A stretch of DNA of 64,000 nt from a virus. Taxonomy: Duplodnaviria > Caudoviricetes. Location of the stretch: the IMG/VR virus record IMGVR_UViG_3300037634_007228, positions 1 to 64,000 of that record; one strand, given 5' to 3'. Below are positions 35,848 through 45,851 of this stretch, in pieces. Below the pieces are notes generated by a model. That model was not told the origin of the DNA and made no database searches. It worked only from the letters and a program-made list of their open reading frames with translations. The stretch's first letter is position 1. Each line of letters opens with the position of its first letter. The position numbers and the translations under genes were made by a program.

Positions 35848-38800
35848 CTAATCTTCAGATTTCTTAACGAAATCAATCTCTGCTGTGATCTTTGCTGTTT
35901 CCACCAAAGAACAAAAATCATAAGGATAGTTATAACTAAAATCTGCGACTTTAAGTTTGTTGCCATCCACAGTTTCAGGGGGAGGAATGGAGAAACCTGC
36001 AAAAGCCGGATTTGCTGCCCCCATTGCAAAATAATTCGTTTTGGCACGCTTTTTTACCTTAAAAATTATCCACTGAACCTGTTTTCTCTTTTCTATATTC
36101 TTGAACATCTCGGTTGTTTCTATATCAATATCCAGATAAGCAGTTTCGCGATCAAAATCCCCCAGTGGTTTGGGTGGCAAACTTTGCCAATAAAGGTGCA
36201 TATCGTCTTCATCCAAAGCAACGCTATATTCTTTGACCAACATACCCACCGGTTTCGTATTTGTATTTCTTAGAAAGTCAAAGCGGGGCGGGAAAACATA
36301 CTTGTCTAACAATAAAGACAAATTATACCACTCATTTGGCTCCTCATTATTTTGCACAGATTGGATGCCCTGTTTCTGTTTCTTCTTAAACTCGTCCTGA
36401 TCAATCGCAAAAAAAGTTTTATCGGGTTGAGTTGATGCTTTAAAATATGGGATACAAACAATCGCTTCTTCGATCTTTGTAGATTTAGATAGGCGACCAA
36501 GCTGAACTTTATCGGGGAAGAGCAAATAGTCTTTTAAACTTTTATACCCCGCAACATCTTTAACCGTCATGACAAACTCGGCTTTGTTCGTCTTGGGGTC
36601 AGGCAACTCACAATAACTTTTCCATATTCCCCCTAGTTTTGCATCTTCTGTCAAACCCGCGACGATGTTGCGAGTTAAATAGGGGGTTTCCCACTTTGGC
36701 TGAATGACCCACACATTATTTAAAGTATTCTGGGGGGTTGATTTTTTAGTCGGCTGACCGGTAATTATATCTTCTTCAAGCATCGACTTATCTGCCACCA
36801 AGAGATAATTGAGCGATTCGCTCAACGATGGCTGCTGATTTAAAATCTGCGGCATAAGTGCAATCGTTGGTTCGGAAGTCCTATGAAAACTTTGTGTACA
36901 CTCTTTCTGAATCTGACTTATGGTGGGCTTTTCATCAGCGGCAGGGTTCCACTCTAAAACCACAGATGCTGAACCCTGACCCCACGCGGGCTTCCACATT
37001 GCGTCAGTTGCGTAGTCGACGGTGTCGTATTTCGATCCCGAAACGCTCGGACCCCAGCCCATTTGTTGTGTGTGGGGAGCGGACACCACCGTCTGCCACG
37101 GTCCTTGGCTGCCTTCTCCATACGCATTATAATTTAAATTATTTGCCACAGCAATTTCAACCGCGTAAGATTCTCCATTTTTAACTTGACCAAGTTCACT
37201 CTCCTCTTTTGAAACGATCGTTGACAACCTGTTATCCAATAAACAAAAATCAATGGTACTAGCCAAGAAATTGGACATTGCCAACTGATAAAATGGTTCG
37301 GGTTGACCACCCAGGGAAGCCGTAGAGTCCATAGACATACTAGTGTGAGGATACATATCATAAATGTAAGTATTGGGGCTTCGCATCTTCTCTAAAGTCA
37401 CCAACTCTTCAAAGGGAACGGTTTGAAAAGCAGTGCCCAGATCGCCGATACATTTTTCCATCATTACATTGCCAACGGACATAAGTCGTGTGGTGGCGTA
37501 GTCGCCAGTAAACATACCGTGGCTCATCGCCAAGCCAGCTTTAATGGAGTTAAAAAGAACTCCCGGCATAAACAAAGGCTGCATAAGAGTTCTAAACGAT
37601 GTAGTCTCCCCGTCCAAAGTTGTGGCGGGAATGAGCGATGAAGAAAATAACTGAGCCAGTTGCACCGTTCGTTCGGCTGGATAGAAGCCCTCATATGGAA
37701 GGAGTTTGGTGATAGCATCAATTTTCAATCTTATTTTGGACATTTTCATAAACTTGTGTTTCTTTTTGATCTCTTCAAAATTGAAAAACACTGCGCCTTC
37801 TTCGTAGCGGCTTATATTTGCGGCGGCAGTCGAAGAACCAGTAATCGACGTAGAAGAAACAGCATCGCTATTTAAACTAACTGAACCTCCCGCATAGATG
37901 GACTCAACGTGATCCGAAATCCGATACTCTGGAAGAAGAGAGTGATCTTTACCGCATATTTTCACAAATTCGGAAAATTCTTTATGGTCATTATAATAAT
38001 ATGGTCCTTTGCCATATGTTGTTGGTGCTGACCAAGGCTCGTAAAACGACGAATTAAAAACGCCGCTGTGACTGTTTGCAAACCACGCGCCATCGCTGAT
38101 CGGCGCATCAACTATATAGGGCATTTCTAAAATGGGTCCAAATGTCGATGATGCGTTGACAAGGGCACTACCGGTGTCATCTAACGTCTGATTTGTCTGC
38201 GCTGCATCATACGCAGTGTTGTTGTTTATCGGCGTTTGACACCGCGTTACAAAACGACTAAGAACGTTTTTCGGATCACGCAATATACCAAAGCGCATAT
38301 TATTTGCTGCCACCGTGTCATATCGCGCTTCGTTCGCGTAGTTGGGCGCATCAAGTGTCCAAGCGGGATTAGCGATTGAAGACGATGCCTTGGTTCTCAA
38401 ATCAACATACTTGGTGCCTTGGTCGGAGGTCGCATTAAAATGAACCCGAAACTGTAAACTGATTTCCGCAGCGCTGCCAGTGGCAGTGTCCAAAACATTA
38501 ATACTAGGACCGACAGTGTTGCCGCGTAGGTCGGGGGATGCTACCTCGGTGATCTCCGCAGACTGTGTAGCAAGGGGATTCGGACCACCGTAAGCTAAGT
38601 TGAACCCCATTTGATTGGTGACATAAGGAATATAATAATCCCACGCATATGCCGTCACTTTTATAAGACTGCGGTCAGCCACTGTGTCCTTCCACGGCTG
38701 AACAAATATATCCCTTATGAGGGAACTCCCTAAATAGCTATATTTTTGCAGAGGATAAATCTGATGAGAAAACTTAACAAACCTGATGTCTTCTTTGTTC

Positions 38801-41800
38801 ATCGCATCTTGAAATTTAGAGGAGTAAAAATTATAAAACTTTTCATAAGATGAAAGCTCTTGTTTTTGTTCCTTCTTGATCAGGAGAGTTTCCAGTGCGT
38901 TATCAAAGAAAAACCTTTTTTGAGAATTGTGTGCCAAAGCAAAAAGAGTGGAGTTGTTAGTTAAGTCATCTTGTAAATCTGCCACAACCAACACCGAGTT
39001 GTCAGACACGGCGGCGGGCTCAATTGCAGTAATAAAACCGGTCTCTTTTGCAGCGAATGGGTTGTCAACGCTAGATATCACAATTGGCGCAGTTTGTTGA
39101 GTTATTCTATTGGTGTTTCTTAAATAGCGAGCGATGGGATGTTGCCCGACTCGTAGTTGTTTCCACGAAGGATACCCGTATGCGCCGCCACGATGGTGGA
39201 TAAGAGCGTTTATCATTCCTCCAAGTCCAACGTCGCCGGAAGAGATAAACGGCGTCGAACCCCCAGCACCAGTAAGATTGATCTGTGCGTCTATCACTTT
39301 ATCAATGCGAAGATCAGAACCCCAATTGGTTGGCTGTGGATTCAGATTAAAATATGTACCCGCAAAAATCCAGCCGTATTTGGGATTGGCAATCACTGTG
39401 GTATCGTAAGTAGCGTAAAAAGAAGACCAGCCCAGAGTATAATCTGTAAAAGGTTCATAAATATGGATATTAAGACCAACAAAATCTGTATGCTCTGCGG
39501 CAGCGCCGCCGCCGCGAGAGTCATTGGACCAATTGCCTTGGGGGCTGAAACCCCAAACACGACAAGCGGTCGTCCGCATATACGAAAAAAGCTCACTCTG
39601 GCTAATAAATAGCATATCGCTAGCACCCGTCACGAAGCCGAGGTCAGCAACCAGATTTACTGACGTGCCAATGCGAGGATAACTGCCGCCTGCTCCATAC
39701 TTGAAGCCGGTATAACCAATAAGCGATGACGATATCCATGCATAACCGCTTTCCTTTGCAGGAATGCCGCGAGAAATATAACCATTATCTGAAACGGTTC
39801 CTGTAAAGGTAGTGCCATCGGCAGCATATTTCATTATGGATCTTCGGTTGGGACAGACCTTATGTATCGACGCCGACAAATCATTGCTCCCCGATTCGTA
39901 TCCCCCAAAAGACATGGGGACTTTCAATAAACTATTGTAAGCTTGTCTCACCGCAAGATTTCTATTGTTGAGTTCGTTATAAACACTATACTCTCCGCTT
40001 GTAGCATTCAAGAAAGCACCAGCCGTGTCGGGTCCACCGGGAGCGCTGAACCTTTCAACAAAAACCGATTTTACAGCGGAAGCAGTAACAACAGCGTAAT
40101 CATATGTGCCACTCACATATGGACTCGGCAAATTGGCTGGTGTGTTGAGATAATCTTCTAAATGAAAATTATTATATAACTTGCCACAAGTTTGGAACAC
40201 CTCATACGTTTGAGCAAAGTTACCAAGTGCAGCGCCTGTGGTTTGAATATTTTTAATATTAATCGGGGCGCGGATGGCTGGGTCTTGATAAAACTGATCA
40301 ACCGGAGCATCATAACCCAAGCTTCTGCGCGGAGATTGAATAGTGATTTCTGAAGAGTTATCCAAAACAACCTCAAATCTTTCGGCTCGCGTCAAAGAAG
40401 AAGTGAGATTGTCAGAGATCCGTATTTTTCGCGACTTTGAGCCTCCAACACGTTGTGCTGTAAACGGACCCTGAAGGGGTTGTACAGCGTCTGGTCCAAA
40501 AACATCGTGATGAATATTGGTAACAAACGGCTGCTGATTGGCGAGGTTAAAAGCGTTATTGGCGAAACTCCCCGTATCAGTTGAAATAGATTGAGAATAC
40601 AAGCTCAACGGGGCAACAAAACCAAATTTGGTTGTTTCGTCTCCCACCCTAACTTGTGCGCCCACCGGTCTTTTGGTAAAAAGGCTCAAATCATCATTAC
40701 ATGATTGAGGGTCAACCATCGCCGATTCACTAGCAGCCATTGCGGCAAAACCTTCCGAAGAAGAATTATAAACAACCCCCTTATAATAATCAAGCCTTTT
40801 GTTTGGACCAAAATTAATGCCACCGTGTATTTCTTTGGGCATAGAAACGTACTCCCTTACGGGTGCAGCGTTTCTACGATCTTGGGTTTGTTGGCTCGCA
40901 GACAGGATCATATTGCGAGAATGCACAACCGACGTCGGAACATCCGACTCAAACGTTGCATTGTTTCTTTCGGCTTCATATTTCCACCAATAACAATTAT
41001 CTATCTGCAAATCACTCAAAGGGTGATGAGCAAATTTCCAGTTTACAGGATTGGTGCCGGATGCGACCGCTTCGGGGGTGGGCACCTTGAATTCAATCGT
41101 CGGTAATTTATAAGTATATTTATTTCTCTCCAAGACATGACTTTCTACAACATTATAAATTTTATCCGAACCCTGCAAAGAAGCTGGGAGGAGATTCATT
41201 AACATCTCGTTAATCGAGTTGTCGAGCCATTTATAATATTCAAAAAAGGCAGCAGAAGTTCTCTTTGATATAACAGTGGAAAAATATTCAGTGGCAAGCT
41301 TTTTTAAATCTTTATATTCCATCCTATATTTGTTAATAGGGTTTCCAATGAGTTCATTAAAGCCATCCAGCGAGGAAAAGAACGCAATTATATCTCGATT
41401 TATTGCCTGTTGAGCGCTCTTTTCAATTGTGAAATAGCCCAACTGGGATTCAATTAGATCTTTTGTGACCTCATCGTCTGCTGTTAAAACCCGAACGCCA
41501 GTTAATTCACCAAAGTTTTCTGGGTTTGTCGTCTTGCCTACTGTGAAAAAACGACTATTGTAAACGCCAGTTGACGACTCTTTGAACCCATAACCGTTCG
41601 CCTGATATAGACTTCCGAGAACATCATTCAAATAATTTATGTTTGTTTCTTTATATGACCCCGAAGACAAATCTGGCAAATAAAACTCGCCACTTGAATC
41701 AGAAGTAGTAAGGTCTGCCGTTCCCCAATTCAGGATTAGAGAATTTATTTTGGGAACATAAGCTCCACTAAACTTATTTGATAAAGGTAAAAAGTTTTCA

Positions 41801-44409
41801 TATGGCTGGTTTCTACCTATATTTCTCGGATCTTTGGCGTGACTTATTAATTCATTATTGCTTAAATCGTCCAGCCAAACGCGGAAAAAGCCAATATTTA
41901 AGTCAGAGTTTGTTAAAACAGATCCAGTAAAATTGGTTCTATTCGCACCGAAATAGGGTATCCTATTTTGGCTTAATAGAGGAATCCCACGCTCGGAATG
42001 AAAAGACGCTGACAAATTAAAAGAGTTATAGACAGTCTCGTCCTCTACATTGTATCCTCTAAAATTAACTACATAAGAGCCAGAACCTGTCTGAAGAGCG
42101 TCATTTAAATCGCCAACTCCATATCCGACCGGCTTAATGGTTACTCCCAAGGTCCAAGTTTCATTGTCATAAGAATCTTCAAACAACTCCGAAACTATTT
42201 CTGGGAATATGCCTGCGCCGCCAGTAGCCAGCGACGAAGTCAGCACAAACTTTACTCTTTTAGAAACCAGATTGTCACGAACGGCATAAACCTGAAACCC
42301 AGCGTCGGCAGCTAAAAAAGCGGTGGAGTTCTCATCTGCGGTAGTATCAACGCCGTGAACACCAAACACAGATGCGCTTTGCCCCACAAAATTAACAGTA
42401 GTGGCATTGCCAAAAGCAGGATACTGAGGTAAAAACACTTGGCACTCATAAGTATTCGCCATCCTCGATTCGATGGGATCGTCTATGCCATAGGTTCCCG
42501 AAATAAAAGGCATACCAACAGAAGCCGAAGCTGCCGAAAAAACAGTCCCGTCGTTATTAGCAAGCGTCGAAAAATTTACAAACTTATATTTTTCAGCATA
42601 GAGTTCGCGCTTGTCACCCAATTTAATAATGGAATTATCCTGATAAACCGATAAGTTAATTAACTCATTGTCCACTCCGAAACACCGAAGACTATTTCTC
42701 AGGCTCTCCACCGTTCCCTTTGTCCTAAAAATTTCAGGACTGTTATTATAAAGATTAGAATATATAACCTTCTTAACCGATTCAAGTTTTTGTGCAAACT
42801 CTCCCTGCTCGCCGCTATTAAACATATTGGCAACGGTCGTTTCGTTTTCTAGAATCCTTCCAATAAGAAAGCCTCGCGAGTTCAATGCCTTCTGCGCGAA
42901 TTTTGTTCTTGCTATTCTGTCATTATAATATTCCATATAATGAATATTGGGAAAGGTTTTTATTTCCAAAAATATCTCATCTAGAGTCGATGCCATTATT
43001 TGAGTAAGGCTTTTGAGTTCTCTGGAGTTTAATTGATCTTCATCTGTTATCCAATCGGGTAATGTATGATAAAAACTATTATTATTAAGTTCGTCGTGTA
43101 AAGACGAGGTCGCCTTCGTTTCGGAAATATAAGTCGCTACCCGTGGATTGTTTGTATATAAAATCGGATCTTTTTCTTCGCGAGTTGCCAGACCAGATGC
43201 CACAAACGCAGAACCAGTATTGCGAGCAGTAGAAACATATCCCACAAAAGCGCCATTGTTTATCCTCCCAGAATAATCCAAAATCACTTCATCTGTGGCA
43301 GCGACAGTTGTAATGCCCTCATTAAACTTGTAATATACCCCAAGATCAATATTTGTAGAGCCTGTGGTTGCGCCGCCAGCGACGGGCTGTCGGCTAAAGA
43401 TTCCAATTTGTTCTGCTGTTCTAGTCCGTCGCCAAAAACGAAAATCATCTAAAGACGCAGATAGCTTTCCCCAGCCCAAAGCTGTGCCAGTGGTTCCAGT
43501 TTGCTCGGTAACCAAGGAACCCAAAGTGGCAACAAAGTTTCCTGTAACATTCGTGATGGGATCTCCACTGAGAGTGTCCGCACCTTGATATTTACCGTCC
43601 AAATAAGATTCGACACTAACATTAGAAGCCCCATAGTTAATATTTAAAGCAATGTGGTGCCACTTATTATCTACAATGCTCCCAGACTCAATCGTTGTCA
43701 GATAACTGTTTGCTAAATAACTTCCAGATGATATTTGTATTAAAAAAGGATATGCCGTCTGCTGGTCCAATTCGACCGTAAAACGACCTACTGAATCTGA
43801 GGCACTGGAGCTATTCCAAACATCTAAAACAACCTCTTTCTGATCTGCAATAACGCTTAACCAAGCCGACTTCTTTATAAAGAACTCAATGCAGTTTCCG
43901 TCGGGCTGCCCAAAACTTAAATTAGAACCAAATTGAAGATTATCGTTAACTACATTTCCTACTTGTAAATTTCCATCAACTAAAATATATTCTTTATCCT
44001 CTGGGTTTACATAAAGGGACGCATCGCCCAAGCTCGACCCCCAGCCATCAGATGAAAAAACAACATAACCATTTGTTCTGGGATATTCATGTTCAAAAAT
44101 GTAATTTTCTAAAAACGAACTGCTATAATGCCAGAGTTGTTTGTCCGTCACAGTGCCATCATAGGGATAATAACTCTGGATGTGATCGATGGCTTTATTG
44201 TAATAATCTTCGGCTGACCCAAAAAATGCAAAATTGCTTGCGGTGGCAAAATCAACCGGGGGAATATAGCGGTCATTTACCTTATGAATAATTTTAATAG
44301 CTTCGCCACGATCAAACGTGGTGCCGGCTGACTCTCTCGTTTGTTTGATCAGCGGCTTAGATATTTTCTGTTGGGACTTTATTGCATCTATGTATTTTTT
44401 AAAACTCAT
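35848..44409 (-). CDS. Giant baseplate wedge/tail protein (~2850 aa) with LamG/concanavalin-like domains
   Basis: CIEFFIK, WHHIAL, SLDDFRFW, YYKFNEG...VILDYSGRINNG LamG pattern, a second similar module; lies in the baseplate block. Confidence 0.75.
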   Translation of the reverse strand: MSFKKYIDAIKSQQKISKPLIKQTRESAGTTFDRGEAIKIIHKVNDRYIPPVDFATASNFAFFGSAEDYYNKAIDHIQSYYPYDGTVTDKQLWHYSSSFLENYIFEHEYPRTNGYVVFSSDGWGSSLGDASLYVNPEDKEYILVDGNLQVGNVVNDNLQFGSNLSFGQPDGNCIEFFIKKSAWLSVIADQKEVVLDVWNSSSASDSVGRFTVELDQQTAYPFLIQISSGSYLANSYLTTIESGSIVDNKWHHIALNINYGASNVSVESYLDGKYQGADTLSGDPITNVTGNFVATLGSLVTEQTGTTGTALGWGKLSASLDDFRFWRRTRTAEQIGIFSRQPVAGGATTGSTNIDLGVYYKFNEGITTVAATDEVILDYSGRINNGAFVGYVSTARNTGSAFVASGLATREEKDPILYTNNPRVATYISETKATSSLHDELNNNSFYHTLPDWITDEDQLNSRELKSLTQIMASTLDEIFLEIKTFPNIHYMEYYNDRIARTKFAQKALNSRGFLIGRILENETTVANMFNSGEQGEFAQKLESVKKVIYSNLYNNSPEIFRTKGTVESLRNSLRCFGVDNELINLSVYQDNSIIKLGDKRELYAEKYKFVNFSTLANNDGTVFSAASASVGMPFISGTYGIDDPIESRMANTYECQVFLPQYPAFGNATTVNFVGQSASVFGVHGVDTTADENSTAFLAADAGFQVYAVRDNLVSKRVKFVLTSSLATGGAGIFPEIVSELFEDSYDNETWTLGVTIKPVGYGVGDLNDALQTGSGSYVVNFRGYNVEDETVYNSFNLSASFHSERGIPLLSQNRIPYFGANRTNFTGSVLTNSDLNIGFFRVWLDDLSNNELISHAKDPRNIGRNQPYENFLPLSNKFSGAYVPKINSLILNWGTADLTTSDSSGEFYLPDLSSGSYKETNINYLNDVLGSLYQANGYGFKESSTGVYNSRFFTVGKTTNPENFGELTGVRVLTADDEVTKDLIESQLGYFTIEKSAQQAINRDIIAFFSSLDGFNELIGNPINKYRMEYKDLKKLATEYFSTVISKRTSAAFFEYYKWLDNSINEMLMNLLPASLQGSDKIYNVVESHVLERNKYTYKLPTIEFKVPTPEAVASGTNPVNWKFAHHPLSDLQIDNCYWWKYEAERNNATFESDVPTSVVHSRNMILSASQQTQDRRNAAPVREYVSMPKEIHGGINFGPNKRLDYYKGVVYNSSSEGFAAMAASESAMVDPQSCNDDLSLFTKRPVGAQVRVGDETTKFGFVAPLSLYSQSISTDTGSFANNAFNLANQQPFVTNIHHDVFGPDAVQPLQGPFTAQRVGGSKSRKIRISDNLTSSLTRAERFEVVLDNSSEITIQSPRRSLGYDAPVDQFYQDPAIRAPINIKNIQTTGAALGNFAQTYEVFQTCGKLYNNFHLEDYLNTPANLPSPYVSGTYDYAVVTASAVKSVFVERFSAPGGPDTAGAFLNATSGEYSVYNELNNRNLAVRQAYNSLLKVPMSFGGYESGSNDLSASIHKVCPNRRSIMKYAADGTTFTGTVSDNGYISRGIPAKESGYAWISSSLIGYTGFKYGAGGSYPRIGTSVNLVADLGFVTGASDMLFISQSELFSYMRTTACRVWGFSPQGNWSNDSRGGGAAAEHTDFVGLNIHIYEPFTDYTLGWSSFYATYDTTVIANPKYGWIFAGTYFNLNPQPTNWGSDLRIDKVIDAQINLTGAGGSTPFISSGDVGLGGMINALIHHRGGAYGYPSWKQLRVGQHPIARYLRNTNRITQQTAPIVISSVDNPFAAKETGFITAIEPAAVSDNSVLVVADLQDDLTNNSTLFALAHNSQKRFFFDNALETLLIKKEQKQELSSYEKFYNFYSSKFQDAMNKEDIRFVKFSHQIYPLQKYSYLGSSLIRDIFVQPWKDTVADRSLIKVTAYAWDYYIPYVTNQMGFNLAYGGPNPLATQSAEITEVASPDLRGNTVGPSINVLDTATGSAAEISLQFRVHFNATSDQGTKYVDLRTKASSSIANPAWTLDAPNYANEARYDTVAANNMRFGILRDPKNVLSRFVTRCQTPINNNTAYDAAQTNQTLDDTGSALVNASSTFGPILEMPYIVDAPISDGAWFANSHSGVFNSSFYEPWSAPTTYGKGPYYYNDHKEFSEFVKICGKDHSLLPEYRISDHVESIYAGGSVSLNSDAVSSTSITGSSTAAANISRYEEGAVFFNFEEIKKKHKFMKMSKIRLKIDAITKLLPYEGFYPAERTVQLAQLFSSSLIPATTLDGETTSFRTLMQPLFMPGVLFNSIKAGLAMSHGMFTGDYATTRLMSVGNVMMEKCIGDLGTAFQTVPFEELVTLEKMRSPNTYIYDMYPHTSMSMDSTASLGGQPEPFYQLAMSNFLASTIDFCLLDNRLSTIVSKEESELGQVKNGESYAVEIAVANNLNYNAYGEGSQGPWQTVVSAPHTQQMGWGPSVSGSKYDTVDYATDAMWKPAWGQGSASVVLEWNPAADEKPTISQIQKECTQSFHRTSEPTIALMPQILNQQPSLSESLNYLLVADKSMLEEDIITGQPTKKSTPQNTLNNVWVIQPKWETPYLTRNIVAGLTEDAKLGGIWKSYCELPDPKTNKAEFVMTVKDVAGYKSLKDYLLFPDKVQLGRLSKSTKIEEAIVCIPYFKASTQPDKTFFAIDQDEFKKKQKQGIQSVQNNEEPNEWYNLSLLLDKYVFPPRFDFLRNTNTKPVGMLVKEYSVALDEDDMHLYWQSLPPKPLGDFDRETAYLDIDIETTEMFKNIEKRKQVQWIIFKVKKRAKTNYFAMGAANPAFAGFSIPPPETVDGNKLKVADFSYNYPYDFCSLVETAKITAEIDFVKKSED

Positions 44410-45851
44410 CAATCCACCCTAAACTCAAATTTATCCACCTGTTCCACAAAGTTTAAATCCTTTTTGATAATGAAGGAAACATTGTATCTATACCCTGCTT
44501 CAAATTGCGAAAAATCTAAATCAAAATAGTTGCCCCTAGAATCATACGACATTTTTGTAAACCCATCATTGCCGGAACCCGTTCCATATGGAACTACCTT
44601 TAGATCATCAGTATTTCGTTTCACTTCATAATAAATATTCTCTAAAAGCGATGAACTTGGTGTGGTTATTCCGATGGAATAAATAGTTGGGGACCAATCT
44701 TTTGGTCGAATATACAAACGAATCGTAGCCTTTTCTGACGTTCCGTAACTTTGTTTCAGATTGGCAGGAACTATTACATAATTTGTAAAATCTCGATTAC
44801 TAGAAGCACTATGATTTAAAACCGTGATTTCAGACCCCGTAGCGTATTCCACAGTTCCAGAGTGCCAAACAACGAACACCGGAGAAATAGAACTTGAAGC
44901 ATAAGCGAAGCTGGCTGAATAAATTCCGGTGGTCACATGTGAGCCTGTAACATTATCATCTCCCGTCGTGGCAACTCCTCCACCGACCGGCAAAAACAAT
45001 TTAGAGCCTAACGGCGAAGTGGAACCAGAATAAACACTCAACAGCAAATCGCTAGTTCCAACGCTAGGGAGATTGGCTAACTGTCCTCCCACATAATTAT
45101 AAAGATATAAATTATTCAAATTATCCGACGCTGGTGCCAGTGCCGAACTAAGATAAAATGTTGATGCATCATCTATTTTTGAATCATTATACCGAGCCTC
45201 TAATGCTGGCTTTTTAAGAATGTATTCGCTGGTTCTACTATAAAATCTTTTCGTATAATAAGAAGCAGAAGCCGCCTCATCACTGGATGTTAAATACACC
45301 GCAATGCCATTGTTGGTAATAGTTCCATTTAACCACTCCACTACTAAAGGAGTAATATCAACCTCCAAATCCTCATAACCAGTAATAAAAGATGCAGTAT
45401 AGACCGGACTAGAAAGAAAATCGCCGCCAGCGGTGGTCCAAGCAGTTCCATCGGAGGCTATGTCCCAGTTAGAAGCACCGGTATAATCTCTATTTGATAA
45501 TTCAGGTCCAGTGCCTTCATCCCATGACTGAGATACTGGAGCCACCACCAAAGTAAAATTAGTGGGCGGGGGTTCTGGAGTTATGGCAGAAAACAAGCGC
45601 AACACAAAATTCGATCCGCTCTGAATAGTTAAATTAGTAATATCTGTCTGAATGGCAGTCGTAGAAAACTGAAGAAGCGCTCTTGATTTTTCATTACCAT
45701 CCACCGAAGAAGTTTGTTGACCAAAAATAGAAAATATTTCAATGGAGTCCGCAAGACCGGCATTAGTTCCAGTTAAGCGATTAGTAAACACTTCACCAAA
45801 TACATTCGTGAGGGTGTTATCTTTCGTCGCTATGTATTTTTTTACTGACAT
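44409..45851 (-). CDS. Tail/baseplate protein with DNRLRE-like domain
   Basis: ATKDNTL, SRALLQF, SQSWDEGTG, W.TAGGDF, LEVDITPLVVEWL, NNGIAV, KRFYSR, KPALEARY. Confidence 0.68.
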   Translation of the reverse strand: MSVKKYIATKDNTLTNVFGEVFTNRLTGTNAGLADSIEIFSIFGQQTSSVDGNEKSRALLQFSTTAIQTDITNLTIQSGSNFVLRLFSAITPEPPPTNFTLVVAPVSQSWDEGTGPELSNRDYTGASNWDIASDGTAWTTAGGDFLSSPVYTASFITGYEDLEVDITPLVVEWLNGTITNNGIAVYLTSSDEAASASYYTKRFYSRTSEYILKKPALEARYNDSKIDDASTFYLSSALAPASDNLNNLYLYNYVGGQLANLPSVGTSDLLLSVYSGSTSPLGSKLFLPVGGGVATTGDDNVTGSHVTTGIYSASFAYASSSISPVFVVWHSGTVEYATGSEITVLNHSASSNRDFTNYVIVPANLKQSYGTSEKATIRLYIRPKDWSPTIYSIGITTPSSSLLENIYYEVKRNTDDLKVVPYGTGSGNDGFTKMSYDSRGNYFDLDFSQFEAGYRYNVSFIIKKDLNFVEQVDKFEFRVD

